Source: Candidatus Latescibacterota bacterium (GTDB lineage Bacteria; Latescibacterota; UBA2968; UBA8231). From it: a DNA stretch of 64,000 bases. The notes under the pieces are model-generated. The model saw nothing but the letters and a program-made list of their open reading frames with translations, did not search any database and had not been told where the DNA came from. Made by a program: the position numbers and the translations under genes. The DNA lies in contig OZ244561.1 in NCBI GenBank assembly GCA_965217585.1, positions 3,264,001 through 3,328,000 of the forward strand, written 5' to 3'. Numbering within the stretch: position 1 is the first letter of the stretch; each line of letters opens with the position of its first letter. Positions 46,269 through 56,750 of this stretch are shown in pieces.

Positions 46269-47360
46269 ATGGATACCATCCGCCCCATCCGCGAGTCGGA
46301 ACTCGACGAACTCCTCGATCTGCTCTGCGCCGTGCACAACCCCGAGGGCCATGAGCGCTACCGAGGCTACATCGAAGGCGATCCGACTTGGTGCCCGTCG
46401 CATACGCCGGTCGTCGTCGTAGGAAGTCGCATTGTATCGACGCTGCGCATCTGGGACCGCTGGGTCCACCTCGGCTCCACGCCCGTCCGCATGGGCGGCA
46501 TCGGCGGCGTCACCACTCATCCAGACTACCGGCAACGCGGCATAGCGACGCGGCTCATGGAGCATGCGGCCGAGTACATGCGCGACGATGGCTACGACTT
46601 AGGTCTGCTGTTCACGGAGATCCCGACGCGCTTCTACCGACGCCTCGGCTGGTGCTGTGTGCCGCTCATGGGATTTCACGCCGAGTTGCACCGCCCTCCG
46701 CAGCCGGGGCGGTCCGCACTTGAGGTGCTGCCGTTCGACGAGAGCCGCGACTTGGAGGAGACGGTAGCGCTCTATCAGCGCCACAACGCCGGTCGCAGCG
46801 GCAGCCTGTTGCGTCCGCGTCCATACTGGGACTACGCCCCCTCTCGCGTGCGGGGTGTACTGCCCACCGCCGTCGTCCGTGGCCCGGCGGGGCTCAGCGG
46901 GTACATCAACTGGGAGAGCGACGACGACGATGCTCGAGTTCGTGAAGTCACCTACGAGAGCGGCCCGGCCCTTGATTCCCTCGTGCAGTACCTACTTGAC
47001 GAGTGCGCAGCGGCTGGGGTGACGCAGATCCATGGCGAGATCCCCCATAGCCATCCCTTTGTCGATGCCCTAGTCGCTACCGCTGACGCCGATCTGGGGC
47101 TCACGGGCGACAGTTCGATGATGGCCCTGCCCCTCGACCTCGGCTCGCTGGTCGCCAAGGCCGTGCCCGAAGCGGCGGACTCGGTCCGCGGGCTGCCGGA
47201 CGATCTGATGTGTCGGCTCTTGTTTGGCGAGTCCTCTGGCCGCGATATAGAACCTATCCTCCGCGCCCGCGGGATCTCGCTGGAGACCGGGGAAGTTCGT
47301 CGGCTTGAAGAATGGTTCCCACGCCGCGAGGTCATCTTCTGGGAGCCCGACCACTTCTGA
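46269..47360 (+). CDS. Eis-like GNAT acetyltransferase
   Basis: GGIGGVTTHPDYRQRGIA, FYRRLGW; two-domain length. Confidence 0.82.
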   Translation: MDTIRPIRESELDELLDLLCAVHNPEGHERYRGYIEGDPTWCPSHTPVVVVGSRIVSTLRIWDRWVHLGSTPVRMGGIGGVTTHPDYRQRGIATRLMEHAAEYMRDDGYDLGLLFTEIPTRFYRRLGWCCVPLMGFHAELHRPPQPGRSALEVLPFDESRDLEETVALYQRHNAGRSGSLLRPRPYWDYAPSRVRGVLPTAVVRGPAGLSGYINWESDDDDARVREVTYESGPALDSLVQYLLDECAAAGVTQIHGEIPHSHPFVDALVATADADLGLTGDSSMMALPLDLGSLVAKAVPEAADSVRGLPDDLMCRLLFGESSGRDIEPILRARGISLETGEVRRLEEWFPRREVIFWEPDHF

Positions 47361-49873
47361 TGCCCACGCGCTCGACCAAGTCCTCGAAACAGACCCTGCT
47401 CCCGGTCATCCGCCGCGAGCGGCCCCGGCTGCTGCGGCCCTTCGACGATCCCGACTTCCGCTTCGAGCTGCCAGCCGATCCCGTGCGTCGGCGCATCCTC
47501 GCCAACCTCCTAGCCGACTGTGAGTTGTATGCTGGACAGCGGCCGTGGTCGCGGATCCCAAGGCGGCCGGACAGTCCTCACCCGTATCACCAGCTCTATC
47601 TGACCTTCTACACCGCCATGCAGGCCACGGCCCTTATCGAGAACTTCGCCTTTGCTTGGCAGTTGACCGGCGACCGGCGCTGGCTCGACCGGGCTCGCGC
47701 TTGGCTGCGGGCGGCTGCCGGTTGGGACCACGACGACCGCGTGGAGGAGCACTTCTACACGGCCAACCGCTACATGCAGGCTTTTGCCTTGGCCCTTGAC
47801 CTGCTGGACGGAGAGTTGCCGGCCACTGAGAAGCGTCAGGCTCGCGCCTGTCTCGTGCGGTTGTTGGAGCGCTGGTGGCCGGATGTGGACGAGCAGCGCC
47901 ACTGGGAGGAAGGCGGGCACCACGCCGTCGTGGACAACGGACACTTCGGCGTGGCCGCTCTGCACCTGCTGGGCGAGCACCCCAAGGCGGAGGCGTGGGT
48001 GCAGGCGGTCATCGATCGCTTCCGCGCCGCCATCCTGCCCCATGGCTGCGGCCCCGCTGGCGAGCCAGTGGACGGCCCTTCCTTCTGGCCTTGGGAGAAC
48101 CTCTGGCTCCTGCAGTTTGCCGACGCGCTGCGCAACGTCACTGGCATTGATCTCGGCCGCGAGGTTCCGACCCGGCTGCGACGGCCGCTGACTTGGTTCC
48201 GCGCCCATTGGGCAGCACCGCGCAAGATTCCCGACCAACTCTACTATCCCGCCAACGCCAACGTGCTCGGCACCCAACTCAACGCTTGCTCTCCCGCTCT
48301 CCTGCGGCTGGCCCAAGAGGCTGGCGACGAGATGCTGCGCGACGCCGCCCTCGCCGACCCGCGCCTCGGCCGGATCTACCGCTTCGGTGGTGGCGTCAAA
48401 GGCTCGACGGCGGAGTGCATGATCTCCTACGGCCCCTACGCCTACTGCTTTTACGATCCCGACTTCCGGGCGGCCAAGCAACGCTGGCCGGCTCCGCTGG
48501 CACGTCGTTTTGAGGCGCGCACCGGCCGTTCCGCTGTAATGCGCAGCGGCCATGGACCCGACGCGGCGATTCTCTGCGTCAGCGGGTACGACGGCGATGT
48601 GGCCCACGGCTTTATGAACTTGCACGTGCAGTGGGCGGGCAATCCCGTGCTGCGCGCAATCAGTGCTGCCGAGGCTCAGCCGGTGAGTTGCGGTAGCCTG
48701 CCCTGCGTAGGCGGCCAGAACGAGATCGTCGCCGTGCCGGGCGGTCTGGAGAGCACGCGGCACGGGCAGCGGCTGCGCGTCTCCGCTCGGCGCACCGAAC
48801 AAGAATACTGGCTATTGACCGGGGAGCACCCGGTTGTTCTCGTGGCGCTGCAGCGTCGGTCGCGCGGTCTCCGGCTCGTCGACGACGGTGGTTCCCTGTT
48901 CCGGCTGAGCGATGATGACGCCTTGCAGTACGAGGCCCAGCCTTGGTTTTGTTCCAACGGCGGACGCCTGCGTCTGTATTTCCGATTGCGGGAGCGCGGC
49001 GGTCCCCAAGTGTTGTTCAACACAGGGAACGGCGTCGGTGGGATCGGTGGGACGGGGGTCAACACTTTTGCCCTCGTCGCCGAAGAGGACGGTCGGCTGT
49101 GCTTTAGCGTGCAGAGCCAGAACGGTCACGAGGTAGCGGTGCGGGCACCGGGCAGGGTGGACGCTGGAGTTTGGCACGAGATTGAGATCGGGTGGGGTGG
49201 ATTCAACCGACGCGCGGGCAGGCCGTGGATGGAGATTGCTGTTGATGGCGAGGCGAAGCGTATCGATGACCCGGCTGCCTTCGGCGAGGTGGGCCGCGAC
49301 TCTCAGGGACTCGCCTCGCGGCAGGAACCGCGCACCTTCTACGTATGGCCCCACTCCACCCTCGCCTTCGGCGGTGCCGTGCAGACGCCCGGCGTTTCCG
49401 CGGACTGCGATTTGGCCTTTATTGACCTCCGCTGTCCGGGCCGTCGGCGGCTCACCGTGGATCCCGCTAGGGGTCGGGGACCGGAGACGGGCGATGGCGA
49501 GTTGGCCTACAAGCTGAACCCGGTGGACCTGCGTGGCTTGGACAGGGATCGCGCCCGTCTTGGCGCTGGACGGCGCGTGGTGGATTTGATCGCGGTGTTC
49601 GGAAAGGGTCTTCAACTGCGGACGGAGGAGGTGCCCTTTGCGCCCTCCGGGCTGGCCGCTGGTAGCCTCGTCAGTTTCCTACCGGGTGCTGCCGAGGCGT
49701 CAACGCGGTTGGTGGCGGGCACGGACGACGATGTCCTCGTCCTCGCCTTTTGCAGCCGTTCGGCAAAGGCCCGGGTCACACGGGAGGGCGACCGGTTCCG
49801 GCTGCGCGCGGGAGACCGGGAGCTTACCTTCGACGTGCTCCGGCGGGGCGATGCCATCCTGCGCCTCCGCTGA
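47360..49873 (+). CDS. Large hypothetical protein (heparinase/alginate-lyase-like toroid plus LamG-like region)
   Basis: TGATG coupling; helical N-half (AFAWQLTGD..W...A, DGP.FW); beta-rich C-half (GVWHEIEIGW). Confidence 0.6.
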   Translation: MPTRSTKSSKQTLLPVIRRERPRLLRPFDDPDFRFELPADPVRRRILANLLADCELYAGQRPWSRIPRRPDSPHPYHQLYLTFYTAMQATALIENFAFAWQLTGDRRWLDRARAWLRAAAGWDHDDRVEEHFYTANRYMQAFALALDLLDGELPATEKRQARACLVRLLERWWPDVDEQRHWEEGGHHAVVDNGHFGVAALHLLGEHPKAEAWVQAVIDRFRAAILPHGCGPAGEPVDGPSFWPWENLWLLQFADALRNVTGIDLGREVPTRLRRPLTWFRAHWAAPRKIPDQLYYPANANVLGTQLNACSPALLRLAQEAGDEMLRDAALADPRLGRIYRFGGGVKGSTAECMISYGPYAYCFYDPDFRAAKQRWPAPLARRFEARTGRSAVMRSGHGPDAAILCVSGYDGDVAHGFMNLHVQWAGNPVLRAISAAEAQPVSCGSLPCVGGQNEIVAVPGGLESTRHGQRLRVSARRTEQEYWLLTGEHPVVLVALQRRSRGLRLVDDGGSLFRLSDDDALQYEAQPWFCSNGGRLRLYFRLRERGGPQVLFNTGNGVGGIGGTGVNTFALVAEEDGRLCFSVQSQNGHEVAVRAPGRVDAGVWHEIEIGWGGFNRRAGRPWMEIAVDGEAKRIDDPAAFGEVGRDSQGLASRQEPRTFYVWPHSTLAFGGAVQTPGVSADCDLAFIDLRCPGRRRLTVDPARGRGPETGDGELAYKLNPVDLRGLDRDRARLGAGRRVVDLIAVFGKGLQLRTEEVPFAPSGLAAGSLVSFLPGAAEASTRLVAGTDDDVLVLAFCSRSAKARVTREGDRFRLRAGDRELTFDVLRRGDAILRLR

Positions 49874-49915
49874 GGTCCTCAGCGGCCGTTTTAAAATCCA
49901 AGTGCGCCCCTTCCG

Positions 49916-50602
49916 CTAATGCGTCAAACGCAGCATTTTCGAGTCACCAGACCGAAATTCAAAATGCAGTGGAACAAGCTCAATGTGTGTTGACGCTCGC
50001 AGTGTCTGAATGGTGTCTTCCAAATGCGCGGAAGGTTTACCATCCATATCGAGCAATGGAAATACGCGAACCTCTCGACCTACGCGAAGCATTTCCCGCA
50101 GGAAGGAGAGGTGCATTTCTGAGTCGAATTCGGCAGAGTAGAGAAATAGTAGATGAGAACAAAGTACAAGATCGAAGGATTCCGATAGGAAAGGCAATTC
50201 CGGTAGGCAGGCAGATACGTAGCGACCACTCCGAGTCGCTGCCTGAAAATCGGCAATGAAGGCCGTGAGGACGTCACGTCGGCGTTGGACGACATCTTCC
50301 GGGCTGCCGTAGTAATCCCACTTGAATCTGTCCCGCGCCTTCCGCATTCCCGCGAGCATCTGTGGCGCTGTGGAATCGAAGTCGGCTAGAAAATCTCTGG
50401 CGGAAATCCTATATATGGGGTCCACGGCGACAACGTATCGTCCATTTCTACCCCATTCCGCAGCGAACGACGACGGTCCACCCCCGCAGTCCAATATGCG
50501 CGCAGATGGCGGAACGTCAGATAACGCGAAGAACGCCTCGTATTCGGCGGCGCTACGGCCCCATGGAGGGACGGCTCCGCCAAAATCAAAATCGTTTGAC
50601 AT
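49916..50602 (-). CDS. SAM-dependent methyltransferase
   Basis: ILDCGGGPSSF, LPF..FDLVLCSHLLFLY, EVRVFPL. Confidence 0.85.
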   Translation of the reverse strand: MSNDFDFGGAVPPWGRSAAEYEAFFALSDVPPSARILDCGGGPSSFAAEWGRNGRYVVAVDPIYRISARDFLADFDSTAPQMLAGMRKARDRFKWDYYGSPEDVVQRRRDVLTAFIADFQAATRSGRYVSACLPELPFLSESFDLVLCSHLLFLYSAEFDSEMHLSFLREMLRVGREVRVFPLLDMDGKPSAHLEDTIQTLRASTHIELVPLHFEFRSGDSKMLRLTH

Positions 50603-50614
50603 GAATTCTACTGG

Positions 50615-51754
50615 TCAGGAAGCACGTCGCGGTGGCGAGTCCCCGGCGTACCTGATTGCGGTATCCGTCATGCGCAGAATCACTATTTCTACTTCGCGTA
50701 CCGCCGACTCGACTTTGATGCCATACTCTTCTTCTAAAGCTCGCCGTGTCTGATCAAAGGTTTCAACCGGCAATACAAAGTCATATTTCCCTGCCAAGTG
50801 TGTTTCGTTGAAAAATATGCGCTCTGTCCATCCTTCAAGGTAATCGGTAAGCTGATCTATCGTGAGATTAGAGCCGGTAAACTGATTATTGAACCCGCCC
50901 GTGGACATGCCGCCGCCCAAGTCAGACATATCCGTCAATTGAGGGTTGGAACAGGTTAGCGCCCATCCTTCCTGTTGTTCCACAACACGACAAATCGCGA
51001 TGCCAAACATATCGCACAGCACGTCTACCGCTCTTTCTCTTGCCGCCTTTGCTTTCAGGGGATGGAAAGAACGCAACTCAACGTCCAACAGTTCTTCTGG
51101 CTCTTTCCCTTCAATCCGCATCCGGGAGTGGGGACGATCCAATAGCGAGCAAATCACATCGACCACTCGATCCCCGTAAAATTCTGCCTCGAATTGCTCG
51201 TCGCCAATACCCAAACTGGACCCTCTACGATCGGAAGCATTTCGATCAATCTTTAGAAAAAACAAGGTGTCTGGAGTGACCACTGGCACGGTTTTTGAAG
51301 AGGTGGTTGGTTCGGCTACTTTGGGCACGTTGTCCGTCTGGAGAAACTCCTCTAACAATTCCGCGGTAAAAAAATGTGGATGACCGTGCCAACGAAGTAG
51401 ACCTTGTGAGTCTATGAGAAAGGTATGAGGGATACTTTGTATGCCATAGGCATTGAACGTTGCACCCTCTCGATCTGTGGCGACCCCGCCCTTTATCGAC
51501 CTTTTTTTCAAGAAGCGTTCTATGATGTGGGGCTCTTCACGGGTCAACGAGACAAAAAGGGTGTCCTTACTGCCATACGTAGCGACGAGTTCATTGAGAT
51601 GGGGAATGGCAGCGATACACGGTCCACAATGAGTGCCCCAGAACTCAAGGATTACATTCTTTCCAGAAAATCCATTTTCCTCTTCTGGCTTACCGCTAAT
51701 CCATTCACTGACCTCAATCGCGGGGGCCGGTTGGTCAATCGCGGGGTAACCCAT
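50615..51754 (-). CDS. TlpA-like thioredoxin fused to a TIGR03435-like domain
   Basis: EFWGTHCGPC, IPHTFLID; C-terminal NETHLAGKYDF.L. Confidence 0.75.
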   Translation of the reverse strand: MGYPAIDQPAPAIEVSEWISGKPEEENGFSGKNVILEFWGTHCGPCIAAIPHLNELVATYGSKDTLFVSLTREEPHIIERFLKKRSIKGGVATDREGATFNAYGIQSIPHTFLIDSQGLLRWHGHPHFFTAELLEEFLQTDNVPKVAEPTTSSKTVPVVTPDTLFFLKIDRNASDRRGSSLGIGDEQFEAEFYGDRVVDVICSLLDRPHSRMRIEGKEPEELLDVELRSFHPLKAKAARERAVDVLCDMFGIAICRVVEQQEGWALTCSNPQLTDMSDLGGGMSTGGFNNQFTGSNLTIDQLTDYLEGWTERIFFNETHLAGKYDFVLPVETFDQTRRALEEEYGIKVESAVREVEIVILRMTDTAIRYAGDSPPRRAS

Positions 51755-51782
51755 TCTAAATCCTTTTCTTTTTTGCTACTTT

Positions 51783-51812
51783 CAGTTAACTGCTTATATC
51801 CGAATGTAACGA
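51783..51812 (-). other. attI-like core, copy 4
   Basis: Minus strand TTCGGATATAAGCAGTTAACT versus TTCGGGTACAAGCAGTTATCG of copy 3. Confidence 0.6.
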
Positions 51813-51825
51813 GTAGATAAATCTG

Positions 51826-52830
51826 TCAAGGACGCGGCGTGTCCCGAACCTCGACCTGGGTTCCGTCGTGCACCGGCGTTGTCACCCGCAGCACGCCGGG
51901 TCGTACGACCTCCGCCGCCAGTTCCCGTCCGTCCATCACCACGCGGGAATCGCGGCACCAAGCCGCTGGCACGCTGGCCTCTAGCGTCAGGCTGTGGTAC
52001 GGCACCTGCTCGGGCAGCCCCGGTAGGCCGATGCGAAAGCGCTGCGCTTCGTCATTGCCGCCCACGGCCTCAATCTGGGCGTGACGCCGCATCAGATGGT
52101 AGCTGAGTGCTTCCTCGGGCACCGCGCACCAGACGGCATCGCCCCCCTCGGACAGCACCGTCTCAAAGCGCTGCCGTAGCTGGGCTTCGGAGCAGTCTTT
52201 GTTGGGATGCACGGCTGTTTCCAGCGGGCAGTGGCAGTAGTCGATGAGCCAGCCCTGCACGGCTTGGGCTTGGCGGATGTTGCGGTACGGGTCGTAGGCG
52301 CTGTAGAACGGCTCGTAGTAGTGGTCGTGCAGCGCCGTGCGGTTGATCCAGAACAGCTCGTCCTCGGGCAGGTTGAGCGCGTCCGTCAGGCTCATGGCAC
52401 CCAAGTAGCCGTAGCGGCGGCAAGCTTCAAGGACGTGGTCGGCCATGTTCGTGTTGTTGCCGGGCGAGCAGTAGAGGATTATCGGCTCGCCGAGGGCTTC
52501 TTCTAACACTTGCTTGGCGTGGCCAATCTCCTTGTCCACCATTTCCAGAGTGATCACCTCGTGGGTCCACGAGTGGTTGCCCACGCCCCAGCCGCGAGCG
52601 AGTAGATCGCGCAACTCGGCCGCGTTCATGTGGCGGTAGCCGTTGTAGCTAGAGTTGCCGGCGTTGCGGATCTCGCCCATCTGGCCGACGAGCAGTTCCA
52701 CATGGCCGGGGATGCCGTACTCCTCGTGCATGGGGATGGCGAAACGGTGCAGATCGGCTAGGGCCTCGTCGTAGGTGATCGAGTAAACCCAGCGTTTGCC
52801 GTACTTCCACGGACAGATGCTCAAGCTCAT
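51826..52830 (-). CDS. Polysaccharide deacetylase-like protein
   Basis: SITYDE, GWGVGNHSWTH. Confidence 0.8.
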   Translation of the reverse strand: MSLSICPWKYGKRWVYSITYDEALADLHRFAIPMHEEYGIPGHVELLVGQMGEIRNAGNSSYNGYRHMNAAELRDLLARGWGVGNHSWTHEVITLEMVDKEIGHAKQVLEEALGEPIILYCSPGNNTNMADHVLEACRRYGYLGAMSLTDALNLPEDELFWINRTALHDHYYEPFYSAYDPYRNIRQAQAVQGWLIDYCHCPLETAVHPNKDCSEAQLRQRFETVLSEGGDAVWCAVPEEALSYHLMRRHAQIEAVGGNDEAQRFRIGLPGLPEQVPYHSLTLEASVPAAWCRDSRVVMDGRELAAEVVRPGVLRVTTPVHDGTQVEVRDTPRP

Positions 52831-53600
52831 GGCTGCTCACCTTTCATCTGATCGATGGCCTGTTGGAATTGCGCCAAGGTGCAGCCGAAGCCCAAGCTCC
52901 ACTCGAAGATGTGGAGGGCGTAATTGGTCGATAACCGCTGCGGGAACGACGCTGGCGTCTCCACTCCAACGGTCGCATCGCGCATCACTACACAGCGATA
53001 ACCGCGAGCCAGCATGGGCCGCGCTCCCCCCTCGGCACCGAGCAGGCACATGTCGGCTGCGAACCCCATATAAATGAGCGTATCCACGCCTCGGCTGCGC
53101 AGGTACTCGTCCAGTACGTCGGAGTAGAAAAAGAGAGGCTCGTCTCCAACTGGGGAGACGACTTCGGCGCGTTGCATCTGCGCTATCGGCGAGTGCTCCA
53201 TGTAATCGACCCCGTGGGCCCGTTCGAGCATCTCGTGCTGGTGTGGATGCATCGCCGATTCCCCCGAGCGCCGCGACTCGATGTGGGGATACTGGTGGTC
53301 CATCCAGTCCGTCTCGACGTGGCAGACCGGCATCCCAATCGCTCGGGCCGCGTCCATGGCCGGGCGGATGACCTCGACCATGATGCGCCCGGCCTCCTGG
53401 GTTGACTGGGGCCAACCCATGCCGACGCAGTAGTTGACGTCCACGGGCGGGCCGTCGGGGCAGCCGATGTTCCAGCAGTGCATGCCCACTAGGGCTGTCT
53501 TGTCCACCGGCAGCGACAGGGTGACTTGCTCATATCCCGGGCGGTCAATCGGCAATGCCCGGTAGTAACGGGCGGCGAGTTGTAGCGTGGCTTCTGTCAT
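52827..53600 (-). CDS. Isochorismatase/cysteine hydrolase-family protein
   Basis: KTALV, GVDTLIYMGFAADMC, RDAT. Confidence 0.8.
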   Translation of the reverse strand: MTEATLQLAARYYRALPIDRPGYEQVTLSLPVDKTALVGMHCWNIGCPDGPPVDVNYCVGMGWPQSTQEAGRIMVEVIRPAMDAARAIGMPVCHVETDWMDHQYPHIESRRSGESAMHPHQHEMLERAHGVDYMEHSPIAQMQRAEVVSPVGDEPLFFYSDVLDEYLRSRGVDTLIYMGFAADMCLLGAEGGARPMLARGYRCVVMRDATVGVETPASFPQRLSTNYALHIFEWSLGFGCTLAQFQQAIDQMKGEQP

Positions 53601-54865
53601 CGCCGGTACTCGTCGGCGACGCGGCGCACGATCGCGGCCACCTGCTCGCAGTGGTGAGGCTCGTACTTATCGCAGAAGGTGCTCCAGCGGATGAAGCGCT
53701 CCAGCAGCTCGTGCGCGTTTGGACAGCACGTTGCGTCGTAGCGGTAGGTGCGCGTCGCCGGTGGCTGCGAATATGGGAAGCGCTGTCGCTCGGCCGCCTC
53801 GGTGAGGTAGGGCAGGGCCGCTGGTAGCAGATAGTAGCGCGCTTGGCTCGCTCCTGGAATGCCAGCGGCTGCTACCTGCGCGCCGAACTCCTCTGCGTCA
53901 CACCGGAACTGCTCGGGATCGATGGTGAATCCCGCCATCCAGCAGGAGTACACCTCAGTCTCCGGTGGGATCGGCAACGCCGACACGCCTGGGATTTCAT
54001 CGAGGAGTGCGCTCAGCAGACGGATCATGCGATCGCGCTTCTCCACCTGCGGCTGGATGATCTCTAGCTGAGCCAAGCAGATCGCCGCGGTGGACTGGGT
54101 CATGCGATGGGCGAAGCCGTTGACCGTGTGCACGCGTCCGAAGTGCTCAACCATCTCCCCGCCACGACTTTGGCCGACGAAGCGCGCCCGCTCGGCCAAT
54201 TCGTCGTCGTTGGTGAGGATGCAGCCGCCCACGTCGGAGCCCATGGTCTTCTCCGCGTCGAAGGAAAAGGCTCCTGCCGTCGATAGGGTGCCGGCGTAGC
54301 GGCCCTTGTAGCGGCCAAAGACCGCTTGGCAGGCGTCCTCATAGACGACTAGACTGTGGCGCGCGGCGACCTCGTTGATGGCGTCCATGTCGCAAATTAG
54401 GCCGGTCAGATGCACGACGAGGATCGCCTGCGTGCGTTCGGATATGCATGCTTCGATGGTCTCGGCACTGACGTTGATTGTGCCGGGTGCGGCATCGGCA
54501 AACACGGGGATGTAGCCGGCGCTGATCAGGCCCTGCACGGTGCCGTAGTCGCTGACCGAGCTAACTACGATCTCGTCGCCGGGCTCGAAGTTGAAGGCTG
54601 CGGCTAGCACGGCCAAGGCGGGTGTGCAGCCCGGCGTGGCGATGCAGTGTGCGACGCCGTGGGCCTCGGCGAAGGCGGCCTCGAACCGGCCCACCATGTC
54701 GCAGGATAGTCCGGAATCGACGACCTCGGCTAGGTACTTCATGGCTCGCGGGCCGATCTCGCGGGGAAAGGGCTGTGGCAGCGGTCCCTCGAACTCCTGC
54801 TGGGTTGCGGCCCCGTAGCGCGCGTGTTCGCGCCGTCGATGGACGGTAGCGGTATTGGATGTCAT
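53597..54865 (-). CDS. DegT/DnrJ/EryC1/StrS aminotransferase
   Basis: GDEIVV, VHLTG, EDACQA, FSFDAEK. Confidence 0.9.
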   Translation of the reverse strand: MTSNTATVHRRREHARYGAATQQEFEGPLPQPFPREIGPRAMKYLAEVVDSGLSCDMVGRFEAAFAEAHGVAHCIATPGCTPALAVLAAAFNFEPGDEIVVSSVSDYGTVQGLISAGYIPVFADAAPGTINVSAETIEACISERTQAILVVHLTGLICDMDAINEVAARHSLVVYEDACQAVFGRYKGRYAGTLSTAGAFSFDAEKTMGSDVGGCILTNDDELAERARFVGQSRGGEMVEHFGRVHTVNGFAHRMTQSTAAICLAQLEIIQPQVEKRDRMIRLLSALLDEIPGVSALPIPPETEVYSCWMAGFTIDPEQFRCDAEEFGAQVAAAGIPGASQARYYLLPAALPYLTEAAERQRFPYSQPPATRTYRYDATCCPNAHELLERFIRWSTFCDKYEPHHCEQVAAIVRRVADEYRR

Positions 54866-54942
54866 GGGCGGCTCCGGTTTGCGGAAAATAGGTTTGATGC
54901 AATATAGCAGGTATTAAGCTATAGAACTACAGTGACGGCTCG

Positions 54943-55842
54943 TCAAATTAAGTTCTCCGCAACAACCCCTTGCAGAGAATCACGAGAATTAAAGAAACCA
55001 CTGCCATACTTTGTTCCGTCATAGTTGCGGATGCGTATCCCAGCCTGCGATCCCAAAGGCCCAATATGGATCACATACGAATCTATGATTAGCTCTTGTC
55101 CCCATTTTTCCGAGATAGAAGAAGACCACTCATCAATCGCGGGTTTTTGTGCGGGGAGTTGGTCGCGGTAGGCTGTAACTAGACTCTCGAAGGAAAGTTG
55201 ATATTGCCAGCCCTTCGTAATTTCGACGGACCGATCCGGCAAAAATTCCTCGCAAGCTAAGGATACTAATGGGCGTCCATCTACTTCCAATTGCAGGAGA
55301 TAGATTAAGGCTTCGCCTGTGGTATGAAGTAATTGTGGAATCCGTCGTATCAGAATTTCCGCTAAACGATTCCCATCCGCTCCAGCCGCTGAATGAAGGA
55401 CGCCTGGGACCTTGGGAGGAGTGGGGACGAAAGGGGGGTTAGCAAAGAGCCAATCGAACGGCTCCTGGGGATGAAACTGCTCTATATCAGCTATATGGAC
55501 TGCATAGCGATGAGCAGGAATCCCGTTCTCCACCGCATTGTGATGAATAAAATCGCTGACTCTGGGATTGAGATCGACAAAATGAGCCGATTCTGCACCG
55601 AGGTGAAGAGCTAAAAGACCTAATGGACCACTACCTGCAAAGGGCTCAATAATTCTTTTCCCTTGCAAGAGATCGCGATGCCGCGCCATGTAAGCCATTA
55701 GGATGCCGCTGGCTTGTCCCAAAGGGATAATTCGTTGGTGATCCGATTTAGACAAGGATTCCGTGCGAAATACCATATCATCAAACTGGTATTGCCAATA
55801 ATCATCAGTATCAGGAAGCGATTTGAGACGAATCTTTGTCAT
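54943..55842 (-). CDS. SAM-dependent methyltransferase (NPPF type)
   Basis: EPFAGSG, ANPPFVP. Confidence 0.82.
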   Translation of the reverse strand: MTKIRLKSLPDTDDYWQYQFDDMVFRTESLSKSDHQRIIPLGQASGILMAYMARHRDLLQGKRIIEPFAGSGPLGLLALHLGAESAHFVDLNPRVSDFIHHNAVENGIPAHRYAVHIADIEQFHPQEPFDWLFANPPFVPTPPKVPGVLHSAAGADGNRLAEILIRRIPQLLHTTGEALIYLLQLEVDGRPLVSLACEEFLPDRSVEITKGWQYQLSFESLVTAYRDQLPAQKPAIDEWSSSISEKWGQELIIDSYVIHIGPLGSQAGIRIRNYDGTKYGSGFFNSRDSLQGVVAENLI

Positions 55843-55945
55843 TTAACTATTACCGAAGTATTCGTTGATATCGGGCTCTTCACCCGACCCGCGCAGCGGT
55901 TGGGTGAAGAGCCGAACGCCCGAAGCCGCGCACGGCGTGTCAAGC
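55841..55945 (-). other. attC-derived site with internal perfect hairpin
   Basis: Minus strand GCTTGACACGCCG...GGCTCTTCACCC-AACCGCTGCGCGGGTC-GGGTGAAGAGCC...GTTAAAT. Confidence 0.55.
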
Positions 55946-56750
55946 GATGACGCGCGCTGGATCGGGATAGGCGTGATAGGGCGGTACGCGAAGGGGCTTT
56001 CTCCCCTCAATCCAGTTTTGCATAGTTGGATAGATAATCTCTAGCATCCTTACTGTATATTCTCTCCAAAGACTCCAACGCAAAGAAAAGCTCTGCTCTT
56101 TCTTGCCATCCCGGCAAGAGATTGCCATCCGACCGATAGCCCTCCAGAAAGCTCTCTTGGAAATTGTTGAATGCCTTCACCCGATCCTCAGAGGCACCAG
56201 CGATCCAACGATTTTTCATAATTCCAAAATCTGCCTCTGGGGGCAAAGCTAATGCGCGGTCGAAGTCTACCAGGCCCCCAAAGTGCCACCCATCTTTCTC
56301 TTGAGAGATCAGGATATTCTTGGGATCAATATCTGCCTGAACAAGACAAGAGGATGTTTCCGAAGACAGCAATGTCTTGGCTCTTTTTTGAAAAAAACGC
56401 TCCAAATTTTCGCAATCATCCTCCAACAGAATACCATGTTTTCTATACAAATCAAGGACGAAAGTCACCCTGTGTACAAATGCCTCATCAGAGGTTTCTG
56501 CAATACTCCAAAGAATAGGTTTAAAATGTGGCATCGGTAAAGACCAATCTGGGATTGGCAGATCTCCATGGAAACGAAAGGTTATGCTATGGAGTGTTGC
56601 AACAGCTTCGCCCACTTCGTATCCGATTTGCCGAAGACGATCTTCTGAAAGTTCCGAAAGAATCATTACCAGCGGCTCACCCCTCACACATTCAGTAACG
56701 AAATATGGACGCCCGAGATTCTTGCCGTCAGGATGGGAAACGTAGACTAA

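Noticed and set aside
41116-48802. Long alternate-frame ORFs in GC-rich genes (41116-42504, 41769-42731, 47510-48802)
   Set aside because: Expected from high GC3; low-complexity translations overlapping well-supported genes.
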